A stretch of DNA of 48,596 nt from Actinomycetes bacterium (GCA_023252035.1 JAHEXQ010000001.1:1-48596); one strand, 5' to 3'; shown: positions 35,158 through 44,564, numbered from the stretch's first letter. A program made the numbers and translations. Notes: a model not told the origin generated them from the sequence alone.

Positions 35158-38100
35158 ATGATCATCCTGCACGGCATGTGGACCCCGGGTGAATCCGGCG
35201 CAAGTGGGCGCTTTGTGATCTGGGGCGAGCTTCCGGTTCCGGACCTGATTCCGAGACGCCGGGGCCGGTTACCGAAAAAGTCTTTTGGGAGAGTACTTCC
35301 CCACCCCTTCGCGGCGGGACCTCCTAAGCTGAGAGGCGCGCTCAGGAACCTGGCGCAGGAGAGCGGCTGCGTGGAAAAAAGGATTCGCACCACCTCGACC
35401 CAAGATGCCATCCTCTTGCCCACCGAGAGGGGTGCCCCCTGCCCATCTACGGGGCTCCTCGATCGTGAATCACGCTTTCTGCAACAGGGGGCACGCAAAC
35501 AATCCCTGGTGGCGTGGATGGTTGATGGTTTGACGGTAGGAATGGCTGACCTCATGGGGCTGCTCTGCGCTTTGCCGGAAGTGACCGGAGATGATGGCAG
35601 GGACCTGATCATCGGGCACGACCTGCGCTTCTGGAGCCGCGCCTGCAAATTCGCCATGGGGCTTCTGGCGCGAGAGAGGCTGTTCCCCGGATTGACCGGG
35701 CTGCAGGATAGCCGGACCGGAGACGGCCAGCGAGCTCGTTCCCTCTGGAATCCCTGCCTGGATGACCCGGAAGACGCAGCGACGATGAGCTTACTGGTCC
35801 GGTCAATGCCCGCGGTCTGCCTCTGCGCCGTGCATATGAGCAGCGAAAGATACGAGCCTCCGATCGCCACCTCCCTGCTCGAGAACTTCCTGAGCGCAGC
35901 GGTGGATGCCTGCGTGCGAGCCTGGGTGCCCGACTACCTTGCCCGGAACCGCGGCGCCAGCAGGACGAAAAAGCCTGCCGCCCGCACGCCTTGGGAGAAG
36001 TGGGCCTTTTCGCTGCTCGCGCCCGATCCGTACATGGATTTGGAACAGAAGGAACTGGCGCTCCTGCGCAAAGGCATTGACGCATGGCTGGAGCCGCTTC
36101 ACCGCCGCAGAGGCGCTTTTCGTACCTGTTTCCGCTTGAGCACGCCGGAAGAGCCCGGCCTGGAGAAAGAAGGGGAGCCGGGCGAACAATGGCTGCCCCA
36201 GCGCGCAGATGCCCGGGGGACCGATGATGCGGAGCAGGAAGCCAGCTCTGGAAACGAGGGGTTTGGTGAAGCGGTTGATGCGCAGGCCGTCCCTGGGGAA
36301 GATCTCTGGGCCGTGGACTTCCTGCTTCAGGCCAAGGATGACCCCAGCCTGCTGGTCCCGGCGGAATCCATCTGGGCGGCAGGGTCGGACACCGCCGTTT
36401 TTCTGAACCATTCCCTGGATAGCCCCCAAGAGAAGCTCCTGGCGGATCTGGGCCTGGCCGTGCGCCTCTTCCCTCCCATTGCCACCGCGCTGGAGGAGGC
36501 CTGCCCCTCCGGCTTCACCCTGCAGACCGAAGCCGCCTATTCCTTCCTGAAAGATGGCGTCCCGCTCCTGAAGGAAAGCGGATTCGGGGTATTGGTGCCT
36601 CCCTGGTGGGAGAAGCGGCAAGCCCGGCCAAATCTGAGGCTGAAGCTGAAACCGGATGACGACGCTTTCGAATCCGAGGGGAAATGCGGCCTGGATGCGC
36701 TGGTGAACTACGATTGGGAACTCTCGCTGGGAGGAGAACTGCTCAGCCGCGACGATTTCATGAACTTGGTAGCCTACAAGGTTCCCCTGGTAAAAGTCAG
36801 GGGCCGCTGGATAGAGATCGGCCCGGAGCAGATCCGCGAGGCCCTCGATTTCTTCAAGCGGCGCGGGGAGTTGGGGCGGGTGACCTTAGCCGAAGCCCTG
36901 CGCATGGGCTTGGCCGGCGAGGACCTCAACGCTGGAACCCTCCCGGTGGAAGTGGTGATGCAGGGACGCCTGGCGGAGCTGGCCCGGAAGCTCGCCCAGG
37001 GCGAGAAGCTGGCGGAGGTTCCTTCTCCGGCAGGGTTTGTGGGAGAGTTGCGGCCTTATCAGGCGAGAGGGCTCTCCTGGCTGGATTTCCTTACCGGGAA
37101 AGGCCTGGGCGCCTGTCTGGCGGACGACATGGGCCTGGGAAAAACCATCCAATTGATCGCCCTGCTGCTGGCGAGAAAAGAGGTCCGGGGGGGCAAGGCG
37201 CGGCCGGTGCTGCTTTTCTGTCCCACTTCACTGGTGGGCAACTGGCGCAAGGAATTGGAGCGGTTCTCCCCCTCTCTCCAGGTACTGGTACACCATGGAC
37301 CGATGAGGCTTTCGGGCCAGGATTTCGCGCGCCAGGCCCGGAAACAGGACCTGGTGATCAGTTCGTATGCGCTCTCCCACCGGGACGAGGAGGAGTTGGC
37401 CAAGATACCCTGGGATGGGGTGGTTCTGGACGAGGCGCAGAACATCAAGAACCCCTCGGCCAAACAGACTCAGGCCATAAAGAGGTTAGCTCACGGATTC
37501 CGGGTAACGCTTACCGGCACCCCCGTGGAGAATCGCCTGTCCGAGCTGTGGTCGATCATGGATTTCCTGAACCCGGGTTTTTTGCAGAGTGCGGAAGCCT
37601 TCAAGACCAGCTTTGCCATACCCATAGAACGGTTCCGGGATCCCCGGGCCACCCAACATCTGACCCGCCTGACCAAGCCCTTCATATTGAGGAGATTGAA
37701 GACGGACAAGTCCATCATCAAGGACCTGCCCGACAAGCTGGAGATGAAGGTCTTTTGCAATCTCACGCGCGAGCAGGCCTCCCTCTACCAGGCTGTCGTG
37801 GAGGACATACTGGAAAAGATCGCTGCGGCCGAGGGAATGACTCGTCGGGGTTTGGTGCTCTCGGCCCTGACCAGGCTCAAGCAGGTCGCCAACCATCCCA
37901 CTCATTTTCTAGGGGACGGAAGCCCCCTGAAGGGCCGGTCGGGCAAATTGGCGCGCCTCACCGAGATGACGGAGGAGGTCCTTCAGGAGGGCGATCGCAT
38001 GCTTGTGTTCACACAATTCGCCGAGATGGGGGAACTCCTGCGGCGCCATCTTCAAGAGGTTTTCGCGGTAGAAGTGCTGTTCCTGCACGGGGGTGTGCCT

Positions 38101-38481
38101 GCCAAGGCCAGAGACCGGATGGTAGAGAGGTTTCAGGAAGAGGACGGCGGGCCACCCATCTTCGTACTCTCCCTTAAGGCGGGAGGCACGGGGCTCAACT
38201 TGACCCGGGCCAACCATGTCTTTCACTACGATCGCTGGTGGAACCCGGCCGTGGAGAACCAGGCCACCGATCGGGCTTTTCGTATCGGGCAGAGCAAGAA
38301 CGTCCAGGTCCATAAGTTCCTCTGCGTGGGAACCCTGGAAGAGCGCATCGACGAGATGATCGAGGAGAAGAAAGCGCTGGCAGAAAACGTCCTGGGCTCT
38401 GGGGAAGGGTGGCTTACCGAACTCTCTACCGACGAACTGAAGGACGTCCTCGGGTTGCGGCCGAGCGCGATCAGCAGATAA
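35158..38481 (+). CDS. SNF2-family helicase with long N-terminal SNF2-associated domain (HelZ/YwqA-like)
   Basis: The 1107-aa protein starts MIILHGMW. Helicase motifs are LADDMGLGKT, DEAQNIKN and TGTPVENR, with C-terminal LSLKAGGTGLNL and QATDRAFRIGQ. Confidence 0.92.
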   Translation: MIILHGMWTPGESGASGRFVIWGELPVPDLIPRRRGRLPKKSFGRVLPHPFAAGPPKLRGALRNLAQESGCVEKRIRTTSTQDAILLPTERGAPCPSTGLLDRESRFLQQGARKQSLVAWMVDGLTVGMADLMGLLCALPEVTGDDGRDLIIGHDLRFWSRACKFAMGLLARERLFPGLTGLQDSRTGDGQRARSLWNPCLDDPEDAATMSLLVRSMPAVCLCAVHMSSERYEPPIATSLLENFLSAAVDACVRAWVPDYLARNRGASRTKKPAARTPWEKWAFSLLAPDPYMDLEQKELALLRKGIDAWLEPLHRRRGAFRTCFRLSTPEEPGLEKEGEPGEQWLPQRADARGTDDAEQEASSGNEGFGEAVDAQAVPGEDLWAVDFLLQAKDDPSLLVPAESIWAAGSDTAVFLNHSLDSPQEKLLADLGLAVRLFPPIATALEEACPSGFTLQTEAAYSFLKDGVPLLKESGFGVLVPPWWEKRQARPNLRLKLKPDDDAFESEGKCGLDALVNYDWELSLGGELLSRDDFMNLVAYKVPLVKVRGRWIEIGPEQIREALDFFKRRGELGRVTLAEALRMGLAGEDLNAGTLPVEVVMQGRLAELARKLAQGEKLAEVPSPAGFVGELRPYQARGLSWLDFLTGKGLGACLADDMGLGKTIQLIALLLARKEVRGGKARPVLLFCPTSLVGNWRKELERFSPSLQVLVHHGPMRLSGQDFARQARKQDLVISSYALSHRDEEELAKIPWDGVVLDEAQNIKNPSAKQTQAIKRLAHGFRVTLTGTPVENRLSELWSIMDFLNPGFLQSAEAFKTSFAIPIERFRDPRATQHLTRLTKPFILRRLKTDKSIIKDLPDKLEMKVFCNLTREQASLYQAVVEDILEKIAAAEGMTRRGLVLSALTRLKQVANHPTHFLGDGSPLKGRSGKLARLTEMTEEVLQEGDRMLVFTQFAEMGELLRRHLQEVFAVEVLFLHGGVPAKARDRMVERFQEEDGGPPIFVLSLKAGGTGLNLTRANHVFHYDRWWNPAVENQATDRAFRIGQSKNVQVHKFLCVGTLEERIDEMIEEKKALAENVLGSGEGWLTELSTDELKDVLGLRPSAISR

Positions 38482-38495
38482 AGGCGAGGTGACGG

Positions 38496-39377
38496 ATGAG
38501 ATTCCATGATTTCGACAGGTACTGGCCAACTTCCCCCCGGCCCGTAGAGGGCGGTATCAGGCCTCGCGCCCAGAGAGGAAGGTTCGGCGAAAGCTGGTGG
38601 GCGGACCGTTTTATCCGGGTGCTGGAGTCCTTTGGGTGGAGCAACCGCCTGCAGCGCGGAAAGAACTATGCCAGAAAAGGGCAAGTGCTCGAATACCAGG
38701 TGGAGCCGGGCCGGGTAGAGGCCCTGGTGCAGGGAACTCGGGTTGAGCCCTACCGGGTGACCATAAAGGTTAAGCCCATCTCCCACAAAGGATGGGATGC
38801 CGTGGTACGAGCCATGGCCAAAAGGGCTGCCTACTCCGCCACCCTGCTCGCCGGGGAGATGCCTCAGGATATCGAGAGGGCCTTTACGGAAGCGGGGCAA
38901 ACCCTTTTCCCGGCCTCAGTGCGAGAAATGGGAATGAGCTGTTCCTGCCCGGATTGGGCCAACCCCTGCAAGCACACTGCGGCGGTCTACTATCTGCTGG
39001 CGGAGGAGTTCGACCGCGATCCCTTCCTCATCTTCCTTCTGAGGGGCAGGTCACGAGAGGATATCGTCAGGGCCCTGAGGAAACACCGCTCCGGCTACTC
39101 GGGCAACGGTCAGGATGATATGGCAAGCGAGCCCGCGGAGCAGAGGCAGCCCCAGGGGTTTCGCTTGCCCGATATCCACCTGGAGGGTTTTTGGCTACCC
39201 AACCCCCTGGCTGGCGAATTCCACCTCGCCATCTCCGCTCCTTCCGCCTCCCAATCGCTCTTAAAGCTGCTTAGCGATCCCCCCTTCGCGCACGAAAGAA
39301 ATCAACCCAAGCTCAGCCTGGAGGAGATTTACTCCGTCGTATCAGCGACAGCCCAAGATCTGGCCCGGCAGCCCTGA
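38496..39377 (+). CDS. SWIM zinc-finger protein (partner of the SNF2 helicase)
   Basis: The SWIM motif CSCPDWANPCKHTAAVYY is present. The N-terminal pattern WWADRFIRVLE...RGKNYARKGQV is typical of SNF2-adjacent SWIM proteins. It starts 14 nt after the helicase stop. Confidence 0.88.
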   Translation: MRFHDFDRYWPTSPRPVEGGIRPRAQRGRFGESWWADRFIRVLESFGWSNRLQRGKNYARKGQVLEYQVEPGRVEALVQGTRVEPYRVTIKVKPISHKGWDAVVRAMAKRAAYSATLLAGEMPQDIERAFTEAGQTLFPASVREMGMSCSCPDWANPCKHTAAVYYLLAEEFDRDPFLIFLLRGRSREDIVRALRKHRSGYSGNGQDDMASEPAEQRQPQGFRLPDIHLEGFWLPNPLAGEFHLAISAPSASQSLLKLLSDPPFAHERNQPKLSLEEIYSVVSATAQDLARQP

Positions 39378-39384
39378 ATCTCGC

Positions 39385-39610
39385 TGCTGCCTCAGTACGT
39401 CCAGCACGTGCTCACATTCATCGACGTCTCGGCCGTGCAGCCCCTGAGCATCGTGGTGGATGCGGGAAACGGCATGGCCGGCAAGTTGATACCGGCGGTC
39501 TTCGACCACCTGCCCTGCCGCATCGTCCCCATGTTCTTCGAGCTGGACGGCTCCTTCCCCCACCACCAGCCGAGCCCCATCGAGCCCCAGAACATCAAGC
39601 TGGTGCAGGA
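39385..39610 (+). pseudogene. internal fragment of a second PMM copy (equivalent to 33683-33909)
   Basis: The match is near-identical: 5 mismatches in ~217 nt, of which 4 are synonymous and 1 is Ile/Val. It begins 7 nt after the SWIM stop and ends abruptly at the IS21 stump. Confidence 0.9.
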
Positions 39611-40011
39611 GGTCCCCCACGGTCGCGGGAGATACGCGTACGGCCCCTGCGACCTGCCTTGCGGAAAGCCCGCCTCCGAGCTTGAGTCTCAATACTTCCC
39701 TGATCTTTCGCATGGACAACCTCCTATTTCCCATGACCTTGAATCCTCCTTTCTTGAAAAAGCGTACACAAGGAGGATTTTGGCCTTCTTGGGGTTGTCC
39801 GGCGAGGCCTTGAGCCCTCGGAGAGCCGGCGCGAACTGCTCGTATTGGCAGCAAGCCCGGGCTTTCCTCCAAATTCTCATGACGTCTGAACACCGATTAT
39901 CACGAAGGGCCGAAAACCGTTCAGTCATCGTGAGAATCGGCGTTCAGTTATGTTGAGAATGAGTGTCCAGTAATGATGAGATTGCGTGTTCAGTTATCGT
40001 GAGCGCGCACA
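39611..40011 (-). mobile_element. IS21-family remnant: left end with four terminal repeats plus the first ~41 codons of istA
   Basis: The istA N-terminus MGNRRLSMRKIREVLRLKLGGGLSARQVAGAVRVSPATVGD is present (ATG 39734, GGAGG upstream). Four ~21-nt direct repeats of GTTCAGTnATnnTGAGAAT type are at 39918-39937, 39941-39960, 39963-39983 and 39985-40005. The terminus ...CA is at 40011. Confidence 0.7.
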
Positions 40012-40137
40012 GACTGGTGGTTCAACGTCCGGCCCTCCAACACCGAGCCGCTCATCCGCCTGAACCTGGAGGCCAAGAGCCCCAGGCTGATGGCCGAGAA
40101 GCGGGACGAGGTCCTGGCGGCCATCCGGTCCGGTTGA
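40012..40137 (+). pseudogene. 3'-terminal fragment of the second PMM copy (equivalent to 34452-34576)
   Basis: There are 6 mismatches in ~118 nt, mostly synonymous. It has its own different terminus (..IRSG-TGA). It is separated from fragment 1 by the IS21 stump. Confidence 0.88.
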
Positions 40138-40138
40138 G

Positions 40139-40569
40139 TCAATCGGCCTTTAGGAACTCAATGAACCTGCGGTGGAACTCCTCGATATCCCCGATGTCTT
40201 TTGTAATAATTTCCCAGATCTGTTCTTCGTCAACTTCCCAGTAGATATGCACCAATCTATTTCTGAACTTGACCATGTCTTCCAACCGATTCGCAAAACT
40301 CTTTTCAAAAGCTCCAGCTTCGCCGAGGACGTAAAACGCGTCGGCATAATTCGTGGGGACCCTCAATCGATTTCTGCAATCACATGGTTGCACATATCCA
40401 CCGCCGCCTCGATGGATACGATCAACAAGTATTTGGCGGAGTTCAGCTTAGTACGGTCTCCGATGAACTCATCTCGAGACAGAGATGAATACTCCCTAAG
40501 TTGTTCGACAGAAGTCAATAGTTCCGAGGAGAGCGTGGCTATTTTGTGCCTCTCAAACTTCAAGACCAA
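40139..40569 (-). pseudogene. hepT: HepT (DUF86) RNase toxin, frameshifted copy
   Basis: Track ORFs 40363..40569 and 40139..40393 together align along the intact paralogue 41927..42358. An extra A in the AAA run at 40371-40373 breaks the frame. The RNRLVHIY motif is retained. Confidence 0.85.
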
Positions 40570-40969
40570 TTGCCTCCCTCCTGTATCGCCTTCCGAAATA
40601 TTCGAAGTCGGAATATTCCCTCATGGTTAGGCTTTCGAAGTCACACCTCAGGGACTCATCCCTGGAAAATAGCAGAAAGCCCTGTGCGACCACGTTGAAC
40701 TTGAAGGGAATCGGAGCGCGGTTTATTGCCCTTACGTCGGTGGCTATTCCCGTGATGTCCTCTAGCTGTGTCTCCAGGCCCAGCTCCTAATGCAAGACAT
40801 CTCGCCTGTTCCCATCGCTTATGTAAATACCCAGGTCTATATCCCTGAAGGGCCCCTCCAGGAATGAGCCGTGGAGATATGCGAAGACTATGTCCTCGCG
40901 CGATTCGAGGACTATCCTAATCTTGTCAATCATCTCTTCGCGTTCTTTTTGAGGAAGTTCCTTTATCAT
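40553..40969 (-). pseudogene. mntA: MntA nucleotidyltransferase antitoxin, copy with in-frame TAG
   Basis: MIKELPQKEREEMIDKI...GSFLEGPFRDIDLGIY...DVLH-TAG(40789-40787)-ELGLETQLEDITGIATDVRAIN... The paralogue has Tyr (VLDYELGLE) at the stop position. Confidence 0.85.
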
Positions 40970-41077
40970 GTCGCTCTTTCTTTATTCCTCCGTCCGGCTA
41001 TTGACAATATTATATAAGTTACCAAGGACGAAGGGCAGCATGCCGTCGACGGTCGCTTTCCTAGAAATAGGATTAGA

Positions 41078-41106
41078 TTGACCCTATATTACCTTGATAT
41101 TATAAT
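41078..41106 (+). promoter_or_regulatory. sigma-70-type promoter for vapBC
   Basis: TTGACC (41078-41083), a 17-nt spacer and TATAAT (41101-41106) lie 37 nt upstream of the vapB ATG, in an A+T-rich divergent intergenic region. Confidence 0.5.
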
Positions 41107-41142
41107 TAACTTTGTTGTGGTACTTAATAGGGGTTCTTAATT

Positions 41143-41433
41143 ATGGCAGATACGAAAAGCAGAGCAAAAGCTCACATCGTCATGCCCGAAGAGTTGCTCC
41201 GGGAGATAGACCGTTTTGTCGGCAAGAGAAAACGAAGCCAGTTCGTAGCGGCAGCGGCACGCAAAGAGCTGCAGAGACTCCGGTTGGAGCACGCACTCGC
41301 TGAAGCGGCCGGGGCGTGGAAGGATGAAGAACATCCCGAATTGGCCAAGGTGGGAACCGAGCGGTGGGTGCGGGACCTGCGAACCCTGGATGAGAGCCGC
41401 ACCGCAAGCAAGAAGAAACCAGGGAGGTCGTAA
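41143..41433 (+). CDS. vapB: ribbon-helix-helix (CopG/VapB-type) antitoxin
   Basis: The N-terminal RHH pattern is KAHIVMPEELLREIDRFVGKRKRSQFVAAAARKEL. The gene abuts the PIN gene. Confidence 0.8.
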   Translation: MADTKSRAKAHIVMPEELLREIDRFVGKRKRSQFVAAAARKELQRLRLEHALAEAAGAWKDEEHPELAKVGTERWVRDLRTLDESRTASKKKPGRS

Positions 41434-41844
41434 GTGAGCCCCGATAAGAGTATGCGATCCAGAGGCGCGTTTCTTCTCGACAGCACGGTTATCATCGACT
41501 ACCTGAGGGGCAGGGCGCAAACGGTCGAAAGGGTCAAGATGCTCCATGCCGGCGGGGCTTCTCTAGGCTGCTGCCCCATCAACCTCATCGAGGTATTTGC
41601 AGGTATGAGGGATGAAGAAGCGGCGCGCACGATCGAATTTCTGGACAGTCTCGAATTTTACGAACTAAACAAAGAAGCGGCCAAGACAGCGGGGGGATCG
41701 CTGACGCAGTTTCGCGTGGAGGGAATCACCCTGTCGCTCTCGGACGTTTCCATCGCGGGCATAGCGATTGTAAACGATCTGGTTCTGCTCACCGATAATG
41801 CCAAGCATTATCCGCAGGCGGAGTTGCGGGTAGAGACTATTTAG
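41434..41844 (+). CDS. vapC: PIN-domain toxin VapC
   Basis: FLLDSTVIIDYL (first acidic residue), EVFAG and LLTDNAKHY are present. The GTG start directly follows the vapB stop. Confidence 0.82.
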   Translation: MSPDKSMRSRGAFLLDSTVIIDYLRGRAQTVERVKMLHAGGASLGCCPINLIEVFAGMRDEEAARTIEFLDSLEFYELNKEAAKTAGGSLTQFRVEGITLSLSDVSIAGIAIVNDLVLLTDNAKHYPQAELRVETI

Positions 41845-41926
41845 CGGCAAATGCCGGTCTTCTTCCGGTCCTAACCGTGCTGACTTCAACCTGCGGCCGA
41901 GCCTTAGACCGAAGTACGCGTGCAGT

Positions 41927-42358
41927 TCAATCGGATTTCAAAAAGTCAAGAAACGTTTGATGGAACTCTTCAATATCGCCGATATTGGCGGTGATAATCT
42001 CCCAGATTTGCGCGTCGTTCACTTCCCAGTAGATGTGCACCAACCTGTTTCTGAACTTGACCATCGTCGTAAGCCGATTCACAAAGTCCCTCTCAAGAGC
42101 ACCTGCTTCGCCCAGGACCATGAAGGAATCTGCATAATCAGAGGGCGCTCTCATACGATTCTGAGAAATCACATGGTTGCACATGTCTATCGCCGCCTCG
42201 ATGGACACGACTAAGAAGTATTTGGCGGCGCCTAGCTTGAATGGATCACCCAGGAACGCTTCTCTGGTCAGAGACGAGAGCTCTCTCAGCCGCTCGACCG
42301 AAGTTAGGAGTTCTGAAGAGAGTGCGGTTATTTTATCCTCGTCAAACTTCAAGGCCAA
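41927..42358 (-). CDS. hepT: HepT (DUF86) RNase toxin, intact copy
   Basis: The 143-aa protein has RNRLVHIYWEV (Rx4HxY). It overlaps mntA by 17 nt. Confidence 0.88.
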   Translation of the reverse strand: MALKFDEDKITALSSELLTSVERLRELSSLTREAFLGDPFKLGAAKYFLVVSIEAAIDMCNHVISQNRMRAPSDYADSFMVLGEAGALERDFVNRLTTMVKFRNRLVHIYWEVNDAQIWEIITANIGDIEEFHQTFLDFLKSD

Positions 42359-42755
42359 GCGCCTCCTTCATGTATCGCCTTCGGAAATGCTTGAAGTCAT
42401 GGTATTCCACAAAAGTCAGGCTTTCAAAGTCGCTCCTTAAGGATTCGTCCCTGGAAAAGAGCAGAAGGCCCTTCGCGACCACGTTGAACCGAAAGGGAAG
42501 CGGAGCGCTGTTTAGTGCCCTCACATCGGTTGGTATTCCAGTGATCTTCTCGAGCCGGTTCTCCAGGCCAAGTTCATAATCCAAAACACCTCGCCCTTCC
42601 CCAGCGCGAATATAAATGCCCAAATCTATATCCCTGAAGGGCCCGGCAAGGAAAGATCCATGGAGGTACGCAAACGCTATGCGCTCATCTGATTCCAGGG
42701 CGTCCTTGATCCTGTCAACCATTTCTTCGCGCTCTTTTTCTGAGATCTCACGCAT
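42342..42755 (-). CDS. mntA: MntA nucleotidyltransferase antitoxin, intact copy
   Basis: The protein reads MREISEKEREEMVDRI..., with the GSFLAGPFRDIDLGIY GSX10DXD NTase motif. The start is taken at 42755; the ORF track extends to 42839. Confidence 0.85.
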   Translation of the reverse strand: MREISEKEREEMVDRIKDALESDERIAFAYLHGSFLAGPFRDIDLGIYIRAGEGRGVLDYELGLENRLEKITGIPTDVRALNSAPLPFRFNVVAKGLLLFSRDESLRSDFESLTFVEYHDFKHFRRRYMKEALGLEV

Positions 42756-42938
42756 TATGACGAACCTCACTCGCACTTCAAAGATCTTTACTTTGTTGTT
42801 GGTAAATCGTCCATCTGGATGACTGCTGCTCTCCCGCACGCCCCTCGTGTTTACTTTGAATATTATACAGGGTGCCAGGACACAGCGAGGAAAGAACGGT
42901 CCGAAATTTATTGGGCTGCGCCCTTTATCGTGCCGCAG

Positions 42939-42967
42939 AAAGGCAACCTCTGAGCGAGGTTGCCTTT
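42939..42967. terminator. duplicate of the thiolase terminator hairpin
   Basis: AAAGGCAACCTC-tgagc-GAGGTTGCCTTT has the same stem as 44565-44593, with a different loop. Confidence 0.5.
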
Positions 42968-43037
42968 GCGGTAATTCAGTGGTTGAGGAAGGGCGGCCAC
43001 AGCGGCCACCCTCTTTTTCTTAAGTCTCGCTAACCGG

Positions 43038-43232
43038 CTATGCCTTCTCCAGGATTACGCTGCCGCCCTGGCCGCCGCCGCCGCACATGGTAGCGAGGCC
43101 GTACTTGCCGTCCTTCTCCTGCAGGATGCGGGCCAGGGTCCCCGTGATGCGGGGGCCCGAGGCGGAAAGCGGGTGGCCGATAGCCACGGCGCCTCCGTGC
43201 ACGTTCACCTTTTCCACCGGGATGTTGAACTC
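43038..43232 (-). pseudogene. orphan 3' fragment (last 64 codons) of a diverged thiolase allele
   Basis: It aligns without indels to 44615-44809, with 17 mismatches in 195 nt. The frame stays open ([67 protein letters not shown]), and only 5 residues differ. Confidence 0.88.
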
Positions 43233-44506
43233 TAGGAGAGCAGTATTCCAAGCGGTATGGCCCAGAGTCTATCCCCCAGCTTTAACGGCTCCGTGCCATT
43301 GTAAGCGAGAATCGCCGCCTTGCAATGCGGTGTGACCGATAAGAATGCCCGGAGTCCGCGCAAGTCTCTCGGCGACCAACTACTGGCGGCTTTAATCTCG
43401 ACCGCGAGAACCTCGCTCCTGCTTTCTATTACCAGATCGACCTCTTCTCCCGACTGTGTTCGCCAGTACAGAAGCTCGGCGCCGAAATCATGTGCCGATA
43501 GAATTCCCAGAAGATTTTGCGCTACGTAGGTCTCATACAGGTGACCCCGCAAGGGCGATTCGCGCAAGTCGTGTATGGCCGACAGATAGCGGGCGAGACC
43601 TGAATCGCAGACGATGAGCTTTGGCGCCTTCTTGATTCTGGTGGCCCTATTTTTCAAGAACGGCTGAAGCCTGCGAATCAGAAAGGAATCTTCAATCCAA
43701 CTGAGGTAGCGGTGCGTGGTCTTGACCGGTAAGCCTGCATCACGTGAAAGGCTGTTGATATTCAGAACTTGTCCCGTGCGCATCGCAGCAAGCCTGAGCA
43801 GATCCCTCAAGCCTATGGTGTTCTCGACGCGGGCAATCAAGCGGATATCCCTCTCAACGTATTGCTGCTCATACCCTTTGAACCATACCTCGGAACTGCT
43901 GGGATGTAAGAGGACTGGCGGCAGCCCACCCGCCATCACCTCGCTGTCCCTCAAAGGGGCAGCTGAAGTAACCGGCAACGTCGGTCTAGCCATGAAACTG
44001 ACGAGGAAGGGCGGCTTCTGTGTTGCTGCCGATATCTCCCTCCGGGTCATAGGGAGCAGGTTCAAGTATATAGCCCTCCCTGCAAGGCTCTCGGCCAGCT
44101 CTCCCCGCAGGTCAAAACTGGAGGAGCCGGAAAGCAGGAAACGACCGAGACGACGATCTGTGTCCACAGAGCGCTTGGCGGCAAGGAAAAGCTCGGGGGC
44201 CCGTTGAGCTTCATCAATGGTTAGAATTTCTCGGCCCTCCCACAAGACAGTGGGATCCTCCCGTGCAGCTTTTAGCGTAGCCACGTCATCGAGACTCAGG
44301 TAGGGTCTGCCCTGCAGCCCGGGATCCTTCACCAGCATGGTCGTCTTCCCCGTTTGCCTCATTCCCGTTACAGCTACGACCGGCATGTGTTGAAGCATCT
44401 CGGAGATGGTTCCCGCTAACTCGCGATGGATGTACTTCTGTGTACTCAATTCGGCATATATCCTTTTGCGTCTCCTTATGACATATTTTACGTCATCTAC
44501 TGACAT
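43232..44506 (-). CDS. AAA+ ATPase with DUF4143-type C-terminal domain
   Basis: Walker A is [11 protein letters not shown] and Walker B is ILTIDEAQ. The C-terminal half is typical of AAA_14/DUF4143 proteins. The stop codon sits exactly on the junction with the thiolase fragment. Confidence 0.8.
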   Translation of the reverse strand: MSVDDVKYVIRRRKRIYAELSTQKYIHRELAGTISEMLQHMPVVAVTGMRQTGKTTMLVKDPGLQGRPYLSLDDVATLKAAREDPTVLWEGREILTIDEAQRAPELFLAAKRSVDTDRRLGRFLLSGSSSFDLRGELAESLAGRAIYLNLLPMTRREISAATQKPPFLVSFMARPTLPVTSAAPLRDSEVMAGGLPPVLLHPSSSEVWFKGYEQQYVERDIRLIARVENTIGLRDLLRLAAMRTGQVLNINSLSRDAGLPVKTTHRYLSWIEDSFLIRRLQPFLKNRATRIKKAPKLIVCDSGLARYLSAIHDLRESPLRGHLYETYVAQNLLGILSAHDFGAELLYWRTQSGEEVDLVIESRSEVLAVEIKAASSWSPRDLRGLRAFLSVTPHCKAAILAYNGTEPLKLGDRLWAIPLGILLS

Positions 44507-44564
44507 ATTTTACACACTGAACATTACGACCTCAAGACCGCCATGGCGATCCCGGAGCAATAAC

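Noticed and set aside
39918-40005. Four evenly spaced ~21-nt repeats as a possible mini CRISPR array.
   Set aside because: The repeats are contiguous (2-3 nt apart) with no spacers, are imperfect, and sit at the end of an IS21 fragment, where multiple terminal transposase-binding repeats are expected. No cas genes are present.
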